Origin: an uncultured delta proteobacterium
GTDB taxonomy: Bacteria; Desulfobacterota; WTBG01
Assembly: GCA_963793865.1 (NCBI GenBank)
Contig: CAWCBP010000001.1
Span: forward strand, 896,001-960,000
DNA length: 64,000 nucleotides
Reading direction: 5' to 3'
A program made the translations under genes and the position numbers. This document shows, piece after piece, positions 18,875 through 28,714 of this stretch (within the stretch, counting starts at the first letter, position 1; each line of letters opens with the position of its first letter). A model generated the notes under the pieces. It did not search any database. It was not told the origin of the DNA and saw nothing but the letters and a program-made list of their open reading frames with translations.

Positions 18875-20128
18875 ATGGCAACGAAAAAAGGCATTATAGC
18901 GTTAATGGGGTCGGGAGAGATGACCTCCACCATGGTGGAGGTTCACAAGGAGCTCTTGAGCAGGTGCGGGAGCAACGCCCGTGCTGTTTTCATTGATACA
19001 CCGGCCGGGTTTCAGCTCAATGCGGATCAGCTGTCCGACAAGGCGGTTGAGTATTTCCGCTTGCGCGTCAAGTATCCTTTGTCCGTCGTCTCCTACCGCT
19101 CGGCTGAGTTGATTTCGCCGTATGACGCCGAGAAGGCTTTTCATTCATTGCGTGAGGCTGATTACTTTCTTATCGGTCCCGGAAGCCCGACCTACGCAGT
19201 TCGACAATGGCAGAAGACTCCGATTGCCGATATCATAACCGCACGGATCGAAGACGGCGGGTGCCTGGTAGCGGCCAGTGCAGCCGCGCTCACTGTCGGG
19301 CGCTTTACCCTGCCGGTGTATGAGATATACAAGGTGGGAGAGCCCCTCCACTGGATGGAAGGGACGGACATCCTTGGTAAATTTGGCATTAATCTCGCCG
19401 TGGTTCCGCACTGGAATAATGCCGAGGGCGGTAACCACGATACCCGCTTCTGCTACATGGGGGAGCCCCGGTTCCGGGACCTCGAGGCCCGGCTTCCGGA
19501 TGAGACCGGGGTTATCGGACTGGATGAGCACACGGCGTGCCTGATTGATCTCGCCAATGAATCATTTTCCATACGAGGTCTCGGCCGCGTCACCATGCGA
19601 TGTGCCGGTACGGAACGATGGTTTGAAAGGGGACAGCTTTATCCTCTCAGCGTCTTGCGCGGTGAGGCGATGAATGAATCGGATCGGCCGGTGTGCGGGC
19701 ATGAGGCCGTACCCGAAGGCACGCGTGGGTCATCTGATGATGCCTTCTGGAATAAGGTCAATCAGCTTCAGGATGCATATCATGAAGGATTTGAGAATGG
19801 CATGCCGGAAAAGGCAGTCAATGCCCTGCTGGAACTTGACGGTATCATCTGGAAGGCGCAGGAAGAATTGGAAACCCAGGAGTTTATTTCACAGGCGCGG
19901 GATATTTTGCGTGAAATGATTGTTTTCCTGGGAGCCGGCCTTAACAGTACCTCGCAGCACATTCCTCAACAGCTTGCTTCGCTGATGGAGGGTCTGCTTG
20001 CCCTCAGGAATAAGCTCAGGCAGCACAATCAGTGGGAAGATGCGGACGCACTTCGCGATTGCCTTATGAAGGCCGGGATTATCATTGAAGACGGCAGAGA
20101 TGGTTCACAATGGCATTACAGATCCTGA
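18875..20128 (+). CDS. Peptidase S51/cyanophycinase-like domain fused to CysRS DALR and anticodon-binding domain
   Basis: IALMGSGE, GPGSP, AASAAA (S135), VPHWN (H179), GLDEHTA (E218); C-terminal LRNKLRQHNQWEDADALRDCLMKAGIIIEDGRDGSQW; no HIGH/KMSKS. Confidence 0.85.
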   Translation: MATKKGIIALMGSGEMTSTMVEVHKELLSRCGSNARAVFIDTPAGFQLNADQLSDKAVEYFRLRVKYPLSVVSYRSAELISPYDAEKAFHSLREADYFLIGPGSPTYAVRQWQKTPIADIITARIEDGGCLVAASAAALTVGRFTLPVYEIYKVGEPLHWMEGTDILGKFGINLAVVPHWNNAEGGNHDTRFCYMGEPRFRDLEARLPDETGVIGLDEHTACLIDLANESFSIRGLGRVTMRCAGTERWFERGQLYPLSVLRGEAMNESDRPVCGHEAVPEGTRGSSDDAFWNKVNQLQDAYHEGFENGMPEKAVNALLELDGIIWKAQEELETQEFISQARDILREMIVFLGAGLNSTSQHIPQQLASLMEGLLALRNKLRQHNQWEDADALRDCLMKAGIIIEDGRDGSQWHYRS

Positions 20129-20254
20129 TACGCAGCTAAAAATATTCAAGCGAGGCATATATTCCGGCTTGTAATACAAAGCCATTTTTTAAACTGCTTG
20201 ACAAACGATGCAAAATATAACACTTTGTAGCCGCATGGTAACCACAGAGGAAGC

Positions 20255-20824
20255 ATGAAAAAATCGACTGCCTGCCTGCGCGCGGTTCTCATAACCTGCA
20301 TGCTCATGCCCGTGTCCGGTTGCTTCAACAAGGATAAGCCGGCGGGGAGGCTCTATTTTGAGCCGCATCCGAGACTGATCGAAGATTATACGGGCATGGT
20401 TGAGGTAATGCAACTGAACTGGGCGTGGTCGCAGCCCGGTTTCAAACTGGGCACCTATCAGAGCGTCTCGCTGACGCCTGTCGGCAACCTCACCGAGGTG
20501 CAGGACAGCACCGTTGCACGGCGGATTGATGAGGAGCTGACCGCCTGGTTTACGCAGAATGGATTCGCCCTGTCCCAGGACGGTCAACTCTCGTGCGAGG
20601 GGGCAATCGTCGCATTAAAGCTGGAAAGAACTTTTTTAGAAAAGAAATACATCTTTCGTGAAAAGGCAGCAGATCTTTTTCTGGAGATGGAATTTGTTAT
20701 TAAGGAAATGCCCTCCCAAAACACTATCTGTAAAATCAGACATGGTGTCATCGCATCTCAAAGCGACCAGCTTGCCGCCCAGCTCGCATCAGGCTTGTTG
20801 AGCTATCTGGACGCGCACAAGTAA
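20255..20824 (+). CDS. Putative lipoprotein, unknown function
   Basis: MKK + hydrophobic stretch + VSGC lipobox. Confidence 0.65.
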   Translation: MKKSTACLRAVLITCMLMPVSGCFNKDKPAGRLYFEPHPRLIEDYTGMVEVMQLNWAWSQPGFKLGTYQSVSLTPVGNLTEVQDSTVARRIDEELTAWFTQNGFALSQDGQLSCEGAIVALKLERTFLEKKYIFREKAADLFLEMEFVIKEMPSQNTICKIRHGVIASQSDQLAAQLASGLLSYLDAHK

Positions 20825-20845
20825 TCATCCTTTCATTCCTGATTC

Positions 20846-21484
20846 ATGATCTGGAGCATTTTATATTACATTGTCCGATTTACCCTGTACTGCATGGCGG
20901 TCCCTTTTTTTCGTTTCACCGCCCACGGAGTCCGGAACATACCGGAACGGGGCCGCATTATCCTGGCTTCCAACCATGCAAGCAATCTTGACCCGCTATT
21001 CGTCGGTGTGGCTGCCCCGAGGCGCATCAATTACCTGGCCAAGAAGGAACTCTTTTCCAACCGGCTCTTCGGTTTCATACTGCGCAAGATATGCAGCGCC
21101 CTTCCCGTTGACCGGGATCAGATGGACCGGACCACACTGAGAGAGATATTTCGTCTGCTTGAACATGAGGAGATGATGCTGGTTTTCCCTGAAGGCACAC
21201 GCACGCATGACGGAAGGCTCGGGGAAGCAAAGCTTGGTGTCGGTCTGATTGCCCATCATGCCCGGGCGACGGTCATTCCCGCATATGTTCGCGGTTCCTA
21301 CGAAATTTTGCCGCGTCACGCGAAGCGCATCCGTTTGAGCCGCTGCGCGGTTTGGTTCGGTCCGCCGGTGGAACTGGATGAATTGTACCGGCAGGCTAAA
21401 TCAAAGGAAGTGTACAAGCGCATCGGCGACAGGATCATGGAAGGCATTCGAAGGCTGGAGGAGCATTCACGGCAGGCGGTTTAA
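20846..21484 (+). CDS. plsC: 1-acyl-sn-glycerol-3-phosphate acyltransferase
   Basis: NHASNLD, FPEGTRT. Confidence 0.9.
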   Translation: MIWSILYYIVRFTLYCMAVPFFRFTAHGVRNIPERGRIILASNHASNLDPLFVGVAAPRRINYLAKKELFSNRLFGFILRKICSALPVDRDQMDRTTLREIFRLLEHEEMMLVFPEGTRTHDGRLGEAKLGVGLIAHHARATVIPAYVRGSYEILPRHAKRIRLSRCAVWFGPPVELDELYRQAKSKEVYKRIGDRIMEGIRRLEEHSRQAV

Positions 21485-21554
21485 GAACGGCATGGGGAGG
21501 CCTCGTGCTTCCGTTGGATGTTTACATCATATTCATGGGATGGTTAACCTGTTC

Positions 21555-22244
21555 ATGGCCTGCGCAATCAAGATATGCGGCGTAACCGCTCCCGAGGATG
21601 CCTCCCTGCTATCCGCGGCGGGAATCGATTATCTCGGCGTCCTGGTAAATGTTACCCGGTCGCCCCGCTCGGTGACCGTTGAGCGGGCATCCGGGATCAT
21701 CGCCGCCGCCACAGTGCCGGTTATTGTGCTGACCTACGACCACAGCCCCGCCGGGGTGATGGATCTGGTACAGGCATTGCGTCCCGCCGGGATTCAGCTG
21801 GCGGGCAATGAAAGCGAAGGATACATTGCGTCGCTGCGCGATTCACTGGACATTGAAATATGGAAGTCGGTTCACCTGCCGGCCCGGGAAGCGGGACACG
21901 ATATATCAGGAACGCTGGCGGCACAAATCAACCGTTTTGCCCGGATCGGGGTCAACCGGGTTGTGCTTGACACCGCACTGATCAGAAACTCGGTCGTGCT
22001 CAAGGGCGGTACCGGGCAGCCGTGCGACTGGTCGATTGCGGCTCGAGTCAAAAAAGCGGTTGACATGTTTCTTCTGCTGGCCGGGGGCATTCATCCGGGC
22101 AATATCAGGGAAGCGCTGCAGCAGGTCGGCCCCGATGGGGTCGACGTGAGCAGCGGCGTTGAGCGTTCGGTCGGCATGAAGGATGCGGCACTGGTGAAAC
22201 GCCTCGTTTCCGAGGCAGGGATGAATACGCCCAACAGGGCATGA
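21555..22244 (+). CDS. trpF: Phosphoribosylanthranilate isomerase
   Basis: IKICG, SPRSV, GGTG...DW, LAGG..PGN, GVDVSSGVE..KD; start at ATG 21555. Confidence 0.85.
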   Translation: MACAIKICGVTAPEDASLLSAAGIDYLGVLVNVTRSPRSVTVERASGIIAAATVPVIVLTYDHSPAGVMDLVQALRPAGIQLAGNESEGYIASLRDSLDIEIWKSVHLPAREAGHDISGTLAAQINRFARIGVNRVVLDTALIRNSVVLKGGTGQPCDWSIAARVKKAVDMFLLLAGGIHPGNIREALQQVGPDGVDVSSGVERSVGMKDAALVKRLVSEAGMNTPNRA

Positions 22245-22265
22245 CATGCATCAGGAGTGTACAGA

Positions 22266-25202
22266 GTGATCGGTTCGCTGGTTAAAAAAATAGTAGGAAG
22301 CAAAAACGAGCGCGTGCTTCGCGGATTTGGGCCGCTGGTCAGGAGAATAAACGAGTTGGAGCCGGGGGTGCGGGCCTTATCGGATGAGGAACTGCGGGGC
22401 AGGACCGTTCTCTTCAGGGAGCGTCTGAGCGGGGGCGAAACGCTGGACGATCTTTTGCCCGAGGCCTTTGCCGTGGTGCGGGAGGTTTCCCGGAGAACGC
22501 TGAACATGCGGCATTTTGATTGTCAGCTCATAGGGGGCATGGTATTGCACCGCGGCACGATAGCCGAAATGGCCACCGGCGAGGGTAAAACGCTGGTTGC
22601 CACCCTGCCGGCCTATCTCAACGCCCTGAGCGGCAAAGGCGTTCACATTGTGACGGTTAACGATTACCTGGCGAAACGCGACCGGGAATGGATGGGAACC
22701 ATTTTCGAATTTCTCGGCCTTACGGTTGACGTCATTTACCACGATATCGATCCCATGACCCGCAAAAAAGCCTATGAGGCCGACATCACCTATGGAACCA
22801 ACACCGAATTCGGTTTTGATTATCTCCGGGACAACATGGCCACCCGGCAGGACTACCAGGTGCAGCGGGTGCATAATTACGCCATCGTGGACGAGGTGGA
22901 CAGCATTCTCATCGATGAAGCAAGAACACCGCTGATCATTTCAGGACCGGTGGAGCATTCCACTCATCAGTTCAAGGAACTCCGCATACCGGTTGACCGT
23001 CTGGTGAAGGCGCAGGCAAGCCTGGTGAACAATTTGCTTTCCCAGGCGGAGCGCCTTTTTGAAGAGGAAAAGGACTACGAGGGCGCCTACAAGCTGCTGC
23101 AGGCAAAGCGGGGTTCGCCCAAGAACAAGCGCTTTCTCAAGATAGCCAAGGAAGGAAGATACAAAAAGCTGATGGAGCGGGTGGAGCTCGATTACATGCG
23201 TGATAAGCGCATGGGAGAGCTTGACGAAGATCTCTATTTCAGCATCGACGAAAAGTCGCATGTGGTTGATTTAACCGACAAGGGAAGAGAAGCGCTGGCT
23301 CCCAACGATCCCAACCTTTTTGTTCTGCCGGACCTGAGCGTTATAGATGAGGACCCCTCCCTTCCGGAAGAGGAGCGCCTGAGCAGGCGCAGGGAGGTTG
23401 AAAAGGAGTTTTACGAAAAAGGGGAAAAAATACAGAACATCACCCAGCTGCTCAAGGCCTATTCACTGTTCGAGAAGGACGTGGACTACGTGGTCAGCGA
23501 CGGGCAGGTGCTGATTGTTGATGAATTTACCGGCAGGCTGCTTCCGGGACGCCGCTACAGCGACGGGCTCCACCAGGCGCTTGAGGCCAAGGAGGACGTT
23601 ACCATTGAAGGCGAGACCCAGACCCTGGCCACAATCACCATTCAGAATTACTTCCGACTGTATCAGAAGCTCGCGGGCATGACCGGAACCGCTGAAACGG
23701 AAGCGCCCGAATTTATGAAGATATACAAGCTGGACGTGGTTGTCATTCCCACCAATGAACCGGTGCGCAGAATCAATTATTCCGATGTCATCTACCGTAC
23801 CAAGCGTGAAAAATACCGGGCAATTATTGATGAAATAAAGGCCATGCATGAAAAGGGAAGGCCGGTCCTGGTAGGCACGGTGTCGGTTGAGGTATCGGAA
23901 CTGCTCAGCAGAATGCTTCCCCGGACCATTAAGCATTCCGTTCTCAATGCCAAGCGGCATCAGGAAGAGGCGGATATAGTCGCCAATGCCGGACTTGCAG
24001 GCGCGGTTACCATTGCCACCAACATGGCCGGACGGGGTACGGACATCAAGCTCGGTCCCGGTGTTATCAGGTGCGGGACCCAGTGCTGCCTCACCTGTGA
24101 AATTGAAAAAGAGAAGGGATGTCAGGCCTGCCCGGATCCGGACAAGCGGGGTACAAAGATGACCGCCTGCAAAAACGACATGCCCTGCGGCCTGCACATC
24201 ATCGGAACCGAACGGCACGAATCCCGGAGGATAGACCGGCAGCTGCGCGGCCGCTGCGCGCGCCAGGGTGACCCGGGGTCGTCGCGCTTTTTTCTCTCCC
24301 TGGAAGACGACCTGCTGAGGATTTTCGGCTCGGAGAGAATCTCCTCCATCATGGAGCGCATGGAGATGGAGGAGGGCGAGCGGATTGAGCACCGTCTTAT
24401 TACCTCGGCCATCGAGCGGGCGCAGGCGCGGGTTGAAGCCCACAACTTCGACATACGCAAGCACCTGCTGGAATATGATGATGTCATGAACAAGCAGCGG
24501 GAGGTTATCTACCAGCAGCGCAGCAAGGTGCTCAGCCGGGAAAATCTCAGGGACGAGATTGATGCCACCCTCAGGGAACTGGCCGCATCCATTGCCGAAC
24601 AATACGCCGAGGAGAAAATTCACCCTGAAGACTGGAACTATAAAGGCCTGAAAGAGTCGGTGTTCAAGCAGTTCTCATTTGCGCTGCGCCTGCCCCCGCC
24701 GGACAGGATCAAGGATTTCAGAAAGGAAAGCATCACCGATCTCATCGTGGAGCAGGCCGGTGATGTCTACCGGCGCAAGGAAGCGGAAATCGGAGAAGGG
24801 CCGCTGCGGGCGGTTGAAAAAATGGTTTATTTGCAGGTGATTGACACCCTGTGGAAGGAACACCTGCTGATGATGGATCACCTGAAAGAGGGCATAGGCT
24901 TGAGAGGCTACGGCCAGCGCGACCCGCTCAGGGAATATCAGAAGGAAGGCTATGACCTCTTTTTGGACCTGCTGGAACGCATTGATGCCGAGACCATCGA
25001 AAAGCTTTTCATGCTGCAGCTGGCAAAAGAGCCGCCCCGCATGAGACCCGAGCCGTCGCCGGTGCAGCACTTTGTCCTGAGCCGGGGCGGCGAGCAGGCG
25101 CCGGAAGCGAAAACCGTCAAGCGAGAGGGAAGGAAGGTCGGCCGGAACGACCCCTGCCCGTGCGGCAGCGGCAAGAAATATAAAAAGTGCTGCGGAAGCT
25201 AG
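22266..25202 (+). CDS. secA: Preprotein translocase subunit SecA
   Basis: MATGEGKT, DEVDSILIDEARTPL, ATNMAGRGTDI, TERHESRRID, C-terminal GRNDPCPCGSGKKYKKCC; AGGAG RBS before GTG 22266. Confidence 0.97.
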   Translation: MIGSLVKKIVGSKNERVLRGFGPLVRRINELEPGVRALSDEELRGRTVLFRERLSGGETLDDLLPEAFAVVREVSRRTLNMRHFDCQLIGGMVLHRGTIAEMATGEGKTLVATLPAYLNALSGKGVHIVTVNDYLAKRDREWMGTIFEFLGLTVDVIYHDIDPMTRKKAYEADITYGTNTEFGFDYLRDNMATRQDYQVQRVHNYAIVDEVDSILIDEARTPLIISGPVEHSTHQFKELRIPVDRLVKAQASLVNNLLSQAERLFEEEKDYEGAYKLLQAKRGSPKNKRFLKIAKEGRYKKLMERVELDYMRDKRMGELDEDLYFSIDEKSHVVDLTDKGREALAPNDPNLFVLPDLSVIDEDPSLPEEERLSRRREVEKEFYEKGEKIQNITQLLKAYSLFEKDVDYVVSDGQVLIVDEFTGRLLPGRRYSDGLHQALEAKEDVTIEGETQTLATITIQNYFRLYQKLAGMTGTAETEAPEFMKIYKLDVVVIPTNEPVRRINYSDVIYRTKREKYRAIIDEIKAMHEKGRPVLVGTVSVEVSELLSRMLPRTIKHSVLNAKRHQEEADIVANAGLAGAVTIATNMAGRGTDIKLGPGVIRCGTQCCLTCEIEKEKGCQACPDPDKRGTKMTACKNDMPCGLHIIGTERHESRRIDRQLRGRCARQGDPGSSRFFLSLEDDLLRIFGSERISSIMERMEMEEGERIEHRLITSAIERAQARVEAHNFDIRKHLLEYDDVMNKQREVIYQQRSKVLSRENLRDEIDATLRELAASIAEQYAEEKIHPEDWNYKGLKESVFKQFSFALRLPPPDRIKDFRKESITDLIVEQAGDVYRRKEAEIGEGPLRAVEKMVYLQVIDTLWKEHLLMMDHLKEGIGLRGYGQRDPLREYQKEGYDLFLDLLERIDAETIEKLFMLQLAKEPPRMRPEPSPVQHFVLSRGGEQAPEAKTVKREGRKVGRNDPCPCGSGKKYKKCCGS

Positions 25203-25247
25203 AATGCTCATGAAGCTTATTGACAGCCACTGGAGTTGAGGTGCCTC

Positions 25248-26435
25248 ATGAATCACAGAGTGCCCGGTTTTCTTGCCGGCGGCATCAGCGCCGGAATCAA
25301 ATCATCTCAGCAGCCCGACCTGGGTCTCATCGTTTCTCAGGTACCTGCCGCGGCGGCGGCCGTTTTTACGACCAATAAAATCAAGGCGGCTCCTGTCATA
25401 GTGTCGCGTGAAAGGCTGACAAAGTCCGGGAACCTCGTCCGGGCGGTTCTTGTGAACAGTGGCAATGCCAATGCCTGCACCGGATCCGCCGGGATTGATC
25501 ACGTCCGGACTGTCTGTCATGACCTGGCCGGGGCGCTGAACATACCTGACAGCCAGGTGCTCATGTCCTCCACCGGCATTATTGGGGTTCCGCTTCCGAT
25601 ACGGCTCATAAGCGGCAGCATCTCCCGCCTGGTCGGCGCGCTTTCCCCTGACGGCATTGATGATTTCGCTCACGCCATCATGACCACCGACACCTTCCCC
25701 AAGGTGGTCATGAGAACATTTGAACTGTCCGGCAGGCACATCAGCCTCTGCGGAATCGCCAAAGGGGCCGGTATGATTATGCCCCGGATGGCAACCATGC
25801 TTTCTTACATAGTAACTGATCTCGCCATCGCGCCTGATGTGCTTCAAGCCGTGTTTTGCGACGCCGTGAACGACTCGTTTAATTCCATCACCATTGACGG
25901 TGACACCAGCACAAACGATACAGCCCTCATGCTGGCAAACGGACAGGCGGGCAATGCCCCGCTTACGGGTGATTCACCTGCAACCGATGCGTTCAGGGCT
26001 GAATTAGGCGGGCTCCTGAAGGATCTGGCCAGGTTGATTTTAAAAGATGCCGAGGGTGCCACCAAGACGGTAACCATCATGGTCCTCCGGGCCAAAACCA
26101 CCGCCGAGGCAAAAGATGTTGCCTATCAGGTGGCCAACTCCCCCCTGGTAAAGACGGCATTTTTCGGTGAAGACCTTAACTGGGGCCGGATCATGGCCGC
26201 CATCGGGAAAACTGCTTATGACATTAATCCCGATTCGATTGATATCCTTATTAATTCAGAGAAGGTAGTAGAGAACAGTACCGCGACCGGGCTCAAGTCA
26301 CAGGCAGCAGACCTGTTAAAGGGGAATGAATTCACCGTCACCATTGACCTCCATCGCGGTTCTGCATCAGCGGAAGTGGGCACAACGGATTTAAGCATTG
26401 AATATGTAAAGATAAATTCAGCATATCCCACATGA
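25248..26435 (+). CDS. argJ: Glutamate N-acetyltransferase / ornithine acetyltransferase
   Basis: NSGNANACTG, IMTTDT, KGAGMI.P.MATML, DGDTSTND, SPLVKTA, NWGRI. Confidence 0.95.
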   Translation: MNHRVPGFLAGGISAGIKSSQQPDLGLIVSQVPAAAAAVFTTNKIKAAPVIVSRERLTKSGNLVRAVLVNSGNANACTGSAGIDHVRTVCHDLAGALNIPDSQVLMSSTGIIGVPLPIRLISGSISRLVGALSPDGIDDFAHAIMTTDTFPKVVMRTFELSGRHISLCGIAKGAGMIMPRMATMLSYIVTDLAIAPDVLQAVFCDAVNDSFNSITIDGDTSTNDTALMLANGQAGNAPLTGDSPATDAFRAELGGLLKDLARLILKDAEGATKTVTIMVLRAKTTAEAKDVAYQVANSPLVKTAFFGEDLNWGRIMAAIGKTAYDINPDSIDILINSEKVVENSTATGLKSQAADLLKGNEFTVTIDLHRGSASAEVGTTDLSIEYVKINSAYPT

Positions 26436-26573
26436 CCGGCAGGGCCGCATCCGGGTACATATTTTTCTCTTGCAAAATAATACCCGGTATGCTAACTAGA
26501 AAAACCATTTGTTTAGCAATAACAGGCTTTCAACAGGGCTGAACATTAAAAACCATTAAAAAGCGAGGTGCAC

Positions 26574-27338
26574 TTGGCAATACTCAGTATGAAGCAGTTG
26601 TTGGAGGCTGGAGTCCACTTTGGGCATCAGACCAAGCGATGGAACCCAAAAATGAAACCCTTCATTTTTGGAGCGAGGAACGGCATTTACATAATCGATT
26701 TACAAAAGACGGTTGTCCTCTTTGAGCGGATTTATAGCATGATCGTGGATATTGTTTCAAAGGGGGAAAAAGTCCTTTTTGTGGGCACCAAGAAACAGGC
26801 CCAGGATTCGATTGTTGAGGAATCAAATCGCTGCGGCATGTTCTATGTGAGCAATCGCTGGCTGGGCGGAACCCTGACCAATTTCAGGACCATAAAAAAT
26901 AATATTGAAAAGCTGAAATCGCTTGAAACCATGAAAAACGACGGCAGCATCGAACAGCGGTCAAAGAAAGAAGCCCTGGAGATGGACCGGGAAATTGAAA
27001 AGCTCGAATATAACCTGGGCGGCATCAAGGAAATGCAGAAGCTCCCGGGACTTATATATATCATCGACCCGAAAAAGGAACACATTGCGGCCGCGGAGGC
27101 AAAAAAGCTGAACATTCCCTCCGTGGGCCTTTTGGATACCAACTGTGACCCTGACGATGTGGATTACACCATACCGGGAAATGATGACGCCATAAAGGCA
27201 ATCAGGCTTTTTAACTCAAAAATAGCTGATGCCTGCATAGAAGGGAAGCGGCGGTTTGAAGAACGGATACAGGCCGACCGGAGGCATGAAGCTGATGACA
27301 AGGAAGATAAAGATAAAGAGGATAACCAGGGAGCTTAG
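26574..27338 (+). CDS. rpsB: 30S ribosomal protein S2
   Basis: [47 protein letters not shown], start could also be GTG 26568. Confidence 0.97.
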   Translation: MAILSMKQLLEAGVHFGHQTKRWNPKMKPFIFGARNGIYIIDLQKTVVLFERIYSMIVDIVSKGEKVLFVGTKKQAQDSIVEESNRCGMFYVSNRWLGGTLTNFRTIKNNIEKLKSLETMKNDGSIEQRSKKEALEMDREIEKLEYNLGGIKEMQKLPGLIYIIDPKKEHIAAAEAKKLNIPSVGLLDTNCDPDDVDYTIPGNDDAIKAIRLFNSKIADACIEGKRRFEERIQADRRHEADDKEDKDKEDNQGA

Positions 27339-27369
27339 TCGCTCCGACGCATGGTGAGGATACCCAATT

Positions 27370-27975
27370 ATGGAAATAAGCGCATCACATGTCAAACAGC
27401 TGCGCGAGCAGACCGGCGCTCCCATGATGGACTGCAAAAAGGCGCTGCTTGAAAGCAATGGTGATTTTGAAAAAGCCATAACCTATCTCAGGCAGAAAAG
27501 CCTGGCAACGGTCACCAAGAAGTCCAGCCGCACAACCTCTGACGGGCTTATAGCGTCGTACATTCACCCCGGCAGCAAGATCGGTGTCATGGTGGAGCTG
27601 AACTGCGAGACGGATTTTGTGGCGCGCAGCGCTGATTTCACCGAATTTACCAAAAACGTGGCCATGCACATCGCGGCGCTCAACCCGATTTACGTTCGGC
27701 GCGAGGATGTGAGCGAACCGGTGATTGAAAGCGAAAAGTCCATTTACCGGGAGCAGGCGAAAGAATCCGGCAAGCCCGAGAAATTCTGGGACAAAATCAT
27801 CAGCGGCAGACTGGACAAGTTTTATTCCGAGGTATGCCTGCTGGAACAAACCTACATTAAGGATGACAGCCGCTCCATTCAGGACGTTCTGAATGAGCTT
27901 ATCGCCAAGATGGGCGAGAACATATCCATCAGGCGCTTTGTGCGCTACCAGCTCGGTGAAACAGCACCCCGCTAA
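27370..27975 (+). CDS. tsf: Elongation factor Ts (short form)
   Basis: VKQLREQTGAPMMDCKKAL, ELNCETDFVA. Confidence 0.97.
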   Translation: MEISASHVKQLREQTGAPMMDCKKALLESNGDFEKAITYLRQKSLATVTKKSSRTTSDGLIASYIHPGSKIGVMVELNCETDFVARSADFTEFTKNVAMHIAALNPIYVRREDVSEPVIESEKSIYREQAKESGKPEKFWDKIISGRLDKFYSEVCLLEQTYIKDDSRSIQDVLNELIAKMGENISIRRFVRYQLGETAPR

Positions 27976-27996
27976 TCCATCAGACGGAAGAACGCA

Positions 27997-28710
27997 TTGA
28001 ATCCCTGCTACCATAGAATTCTCCTCAAGCTGAGCGGGCAGGTGCTGGCCGGCGAGTCAGGTTCCGGGATCAATGTCGCCGTTCTCAACAGGATTGCGGG
28101 GGAAATCAAGGAGGTTTCCGACCTGGGCACCGAGGTGGGAATTGTCATCGGCGGCGGCAATATTTTCCGGGGCATATCCGCCCAGAGCCGGGAAATAGAC
28201 CGCGTATCGGCTGATTACATGGGCATGCTGGCCACCATCATTAACAGCATCGCTCTGCAGAATGCCATAGAGCGCCAGGGGGTTCCCAGCCGGGTGCTGA
28301 CGGCAATTAACATGCCGCAGGTGGCGGAGCCGTACATACGCAGGCGGGCAACGAGGCATCTGGAGAAAAAGCGGGTGGTCATATTTGCCGCGGGCACGGG
28401 CAACCCCTATTTTTCCACCGATACCGCGGCCGCTCTCAGGGCCATAGAAATCAATGCCGAAATCATTCTCAAGGCCACCAGGGTTGACGGCATCTATGAC
28501 CGGGATCCGGTTTCGGACAGCGCGGCGCAGCGCTATAGCGATATCAGCTACCTGGAGGTGCTCAACAAGGGTTTGAAGGTAATGGACGCCACCGCCGTCT
28601 CGCTGTGCATGGACAACAAGCTGCCCATGATCATTTTTAGCCTCACCGAGCCGGGGAACATCCGGAAAGTTGTGCTGGGAGATTCGATCGGAACAACCAT
28701 AAAGGGCTGA
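27997..28710 (+). CDS. pyrH: UMP kinase
   Basis: [35 protein letters not shown]. Confidence 0.96.
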   Translation: MNPCYHRILLKLSGQVLAGESGSGINVAVLNRIAGEIKEVSDLGTEVGIVIGGGNIFRGISAQSREIDRVSADYMGMLATIINSIALQNAIERQGVPSRVLTAINMPQVAEPYIRRRATRHLEKKRVVIFAAGTGNPYFSTDTAAALRAIEINAEIILKATRVDGIYDRDPVSDSAAQRYSDISYLEVLNKGLKVMDATAVSLCMDNKLPMIIFSLTEPGNIRKVVLGDSIGTTIKG

Positions 28711-28714
28711 TGAA

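Noticed and set aside
18875..20128. Calling this gene cysteinyl-tRNA synthetase (cysS)
   Set aside because: No HIGH/KMSKS motifs or Zn-binding catalytic domain; only the C-terminal tRNA-binding part is CysRS-like
20198..20221. TTGACA...TATAAC promoter before the lipoprotein gene
   Set aside because: Spacer is only 12 nt; cannot be supported as a sigma70 promoter
21378..21554. N-terminal extensions in the ORF track (trpF; likewise cdsA 30360, trpA 52996, lptD 55093, P-loop 63736)
   Set aside because: They overlap upstream genes or precede the family-typical start; downstream starts fit better
23463..24623. 386-aa antisense ORF
   Set aside because: Lies wholly opposite secA with no motifs; typical codon-bias shadow ORF
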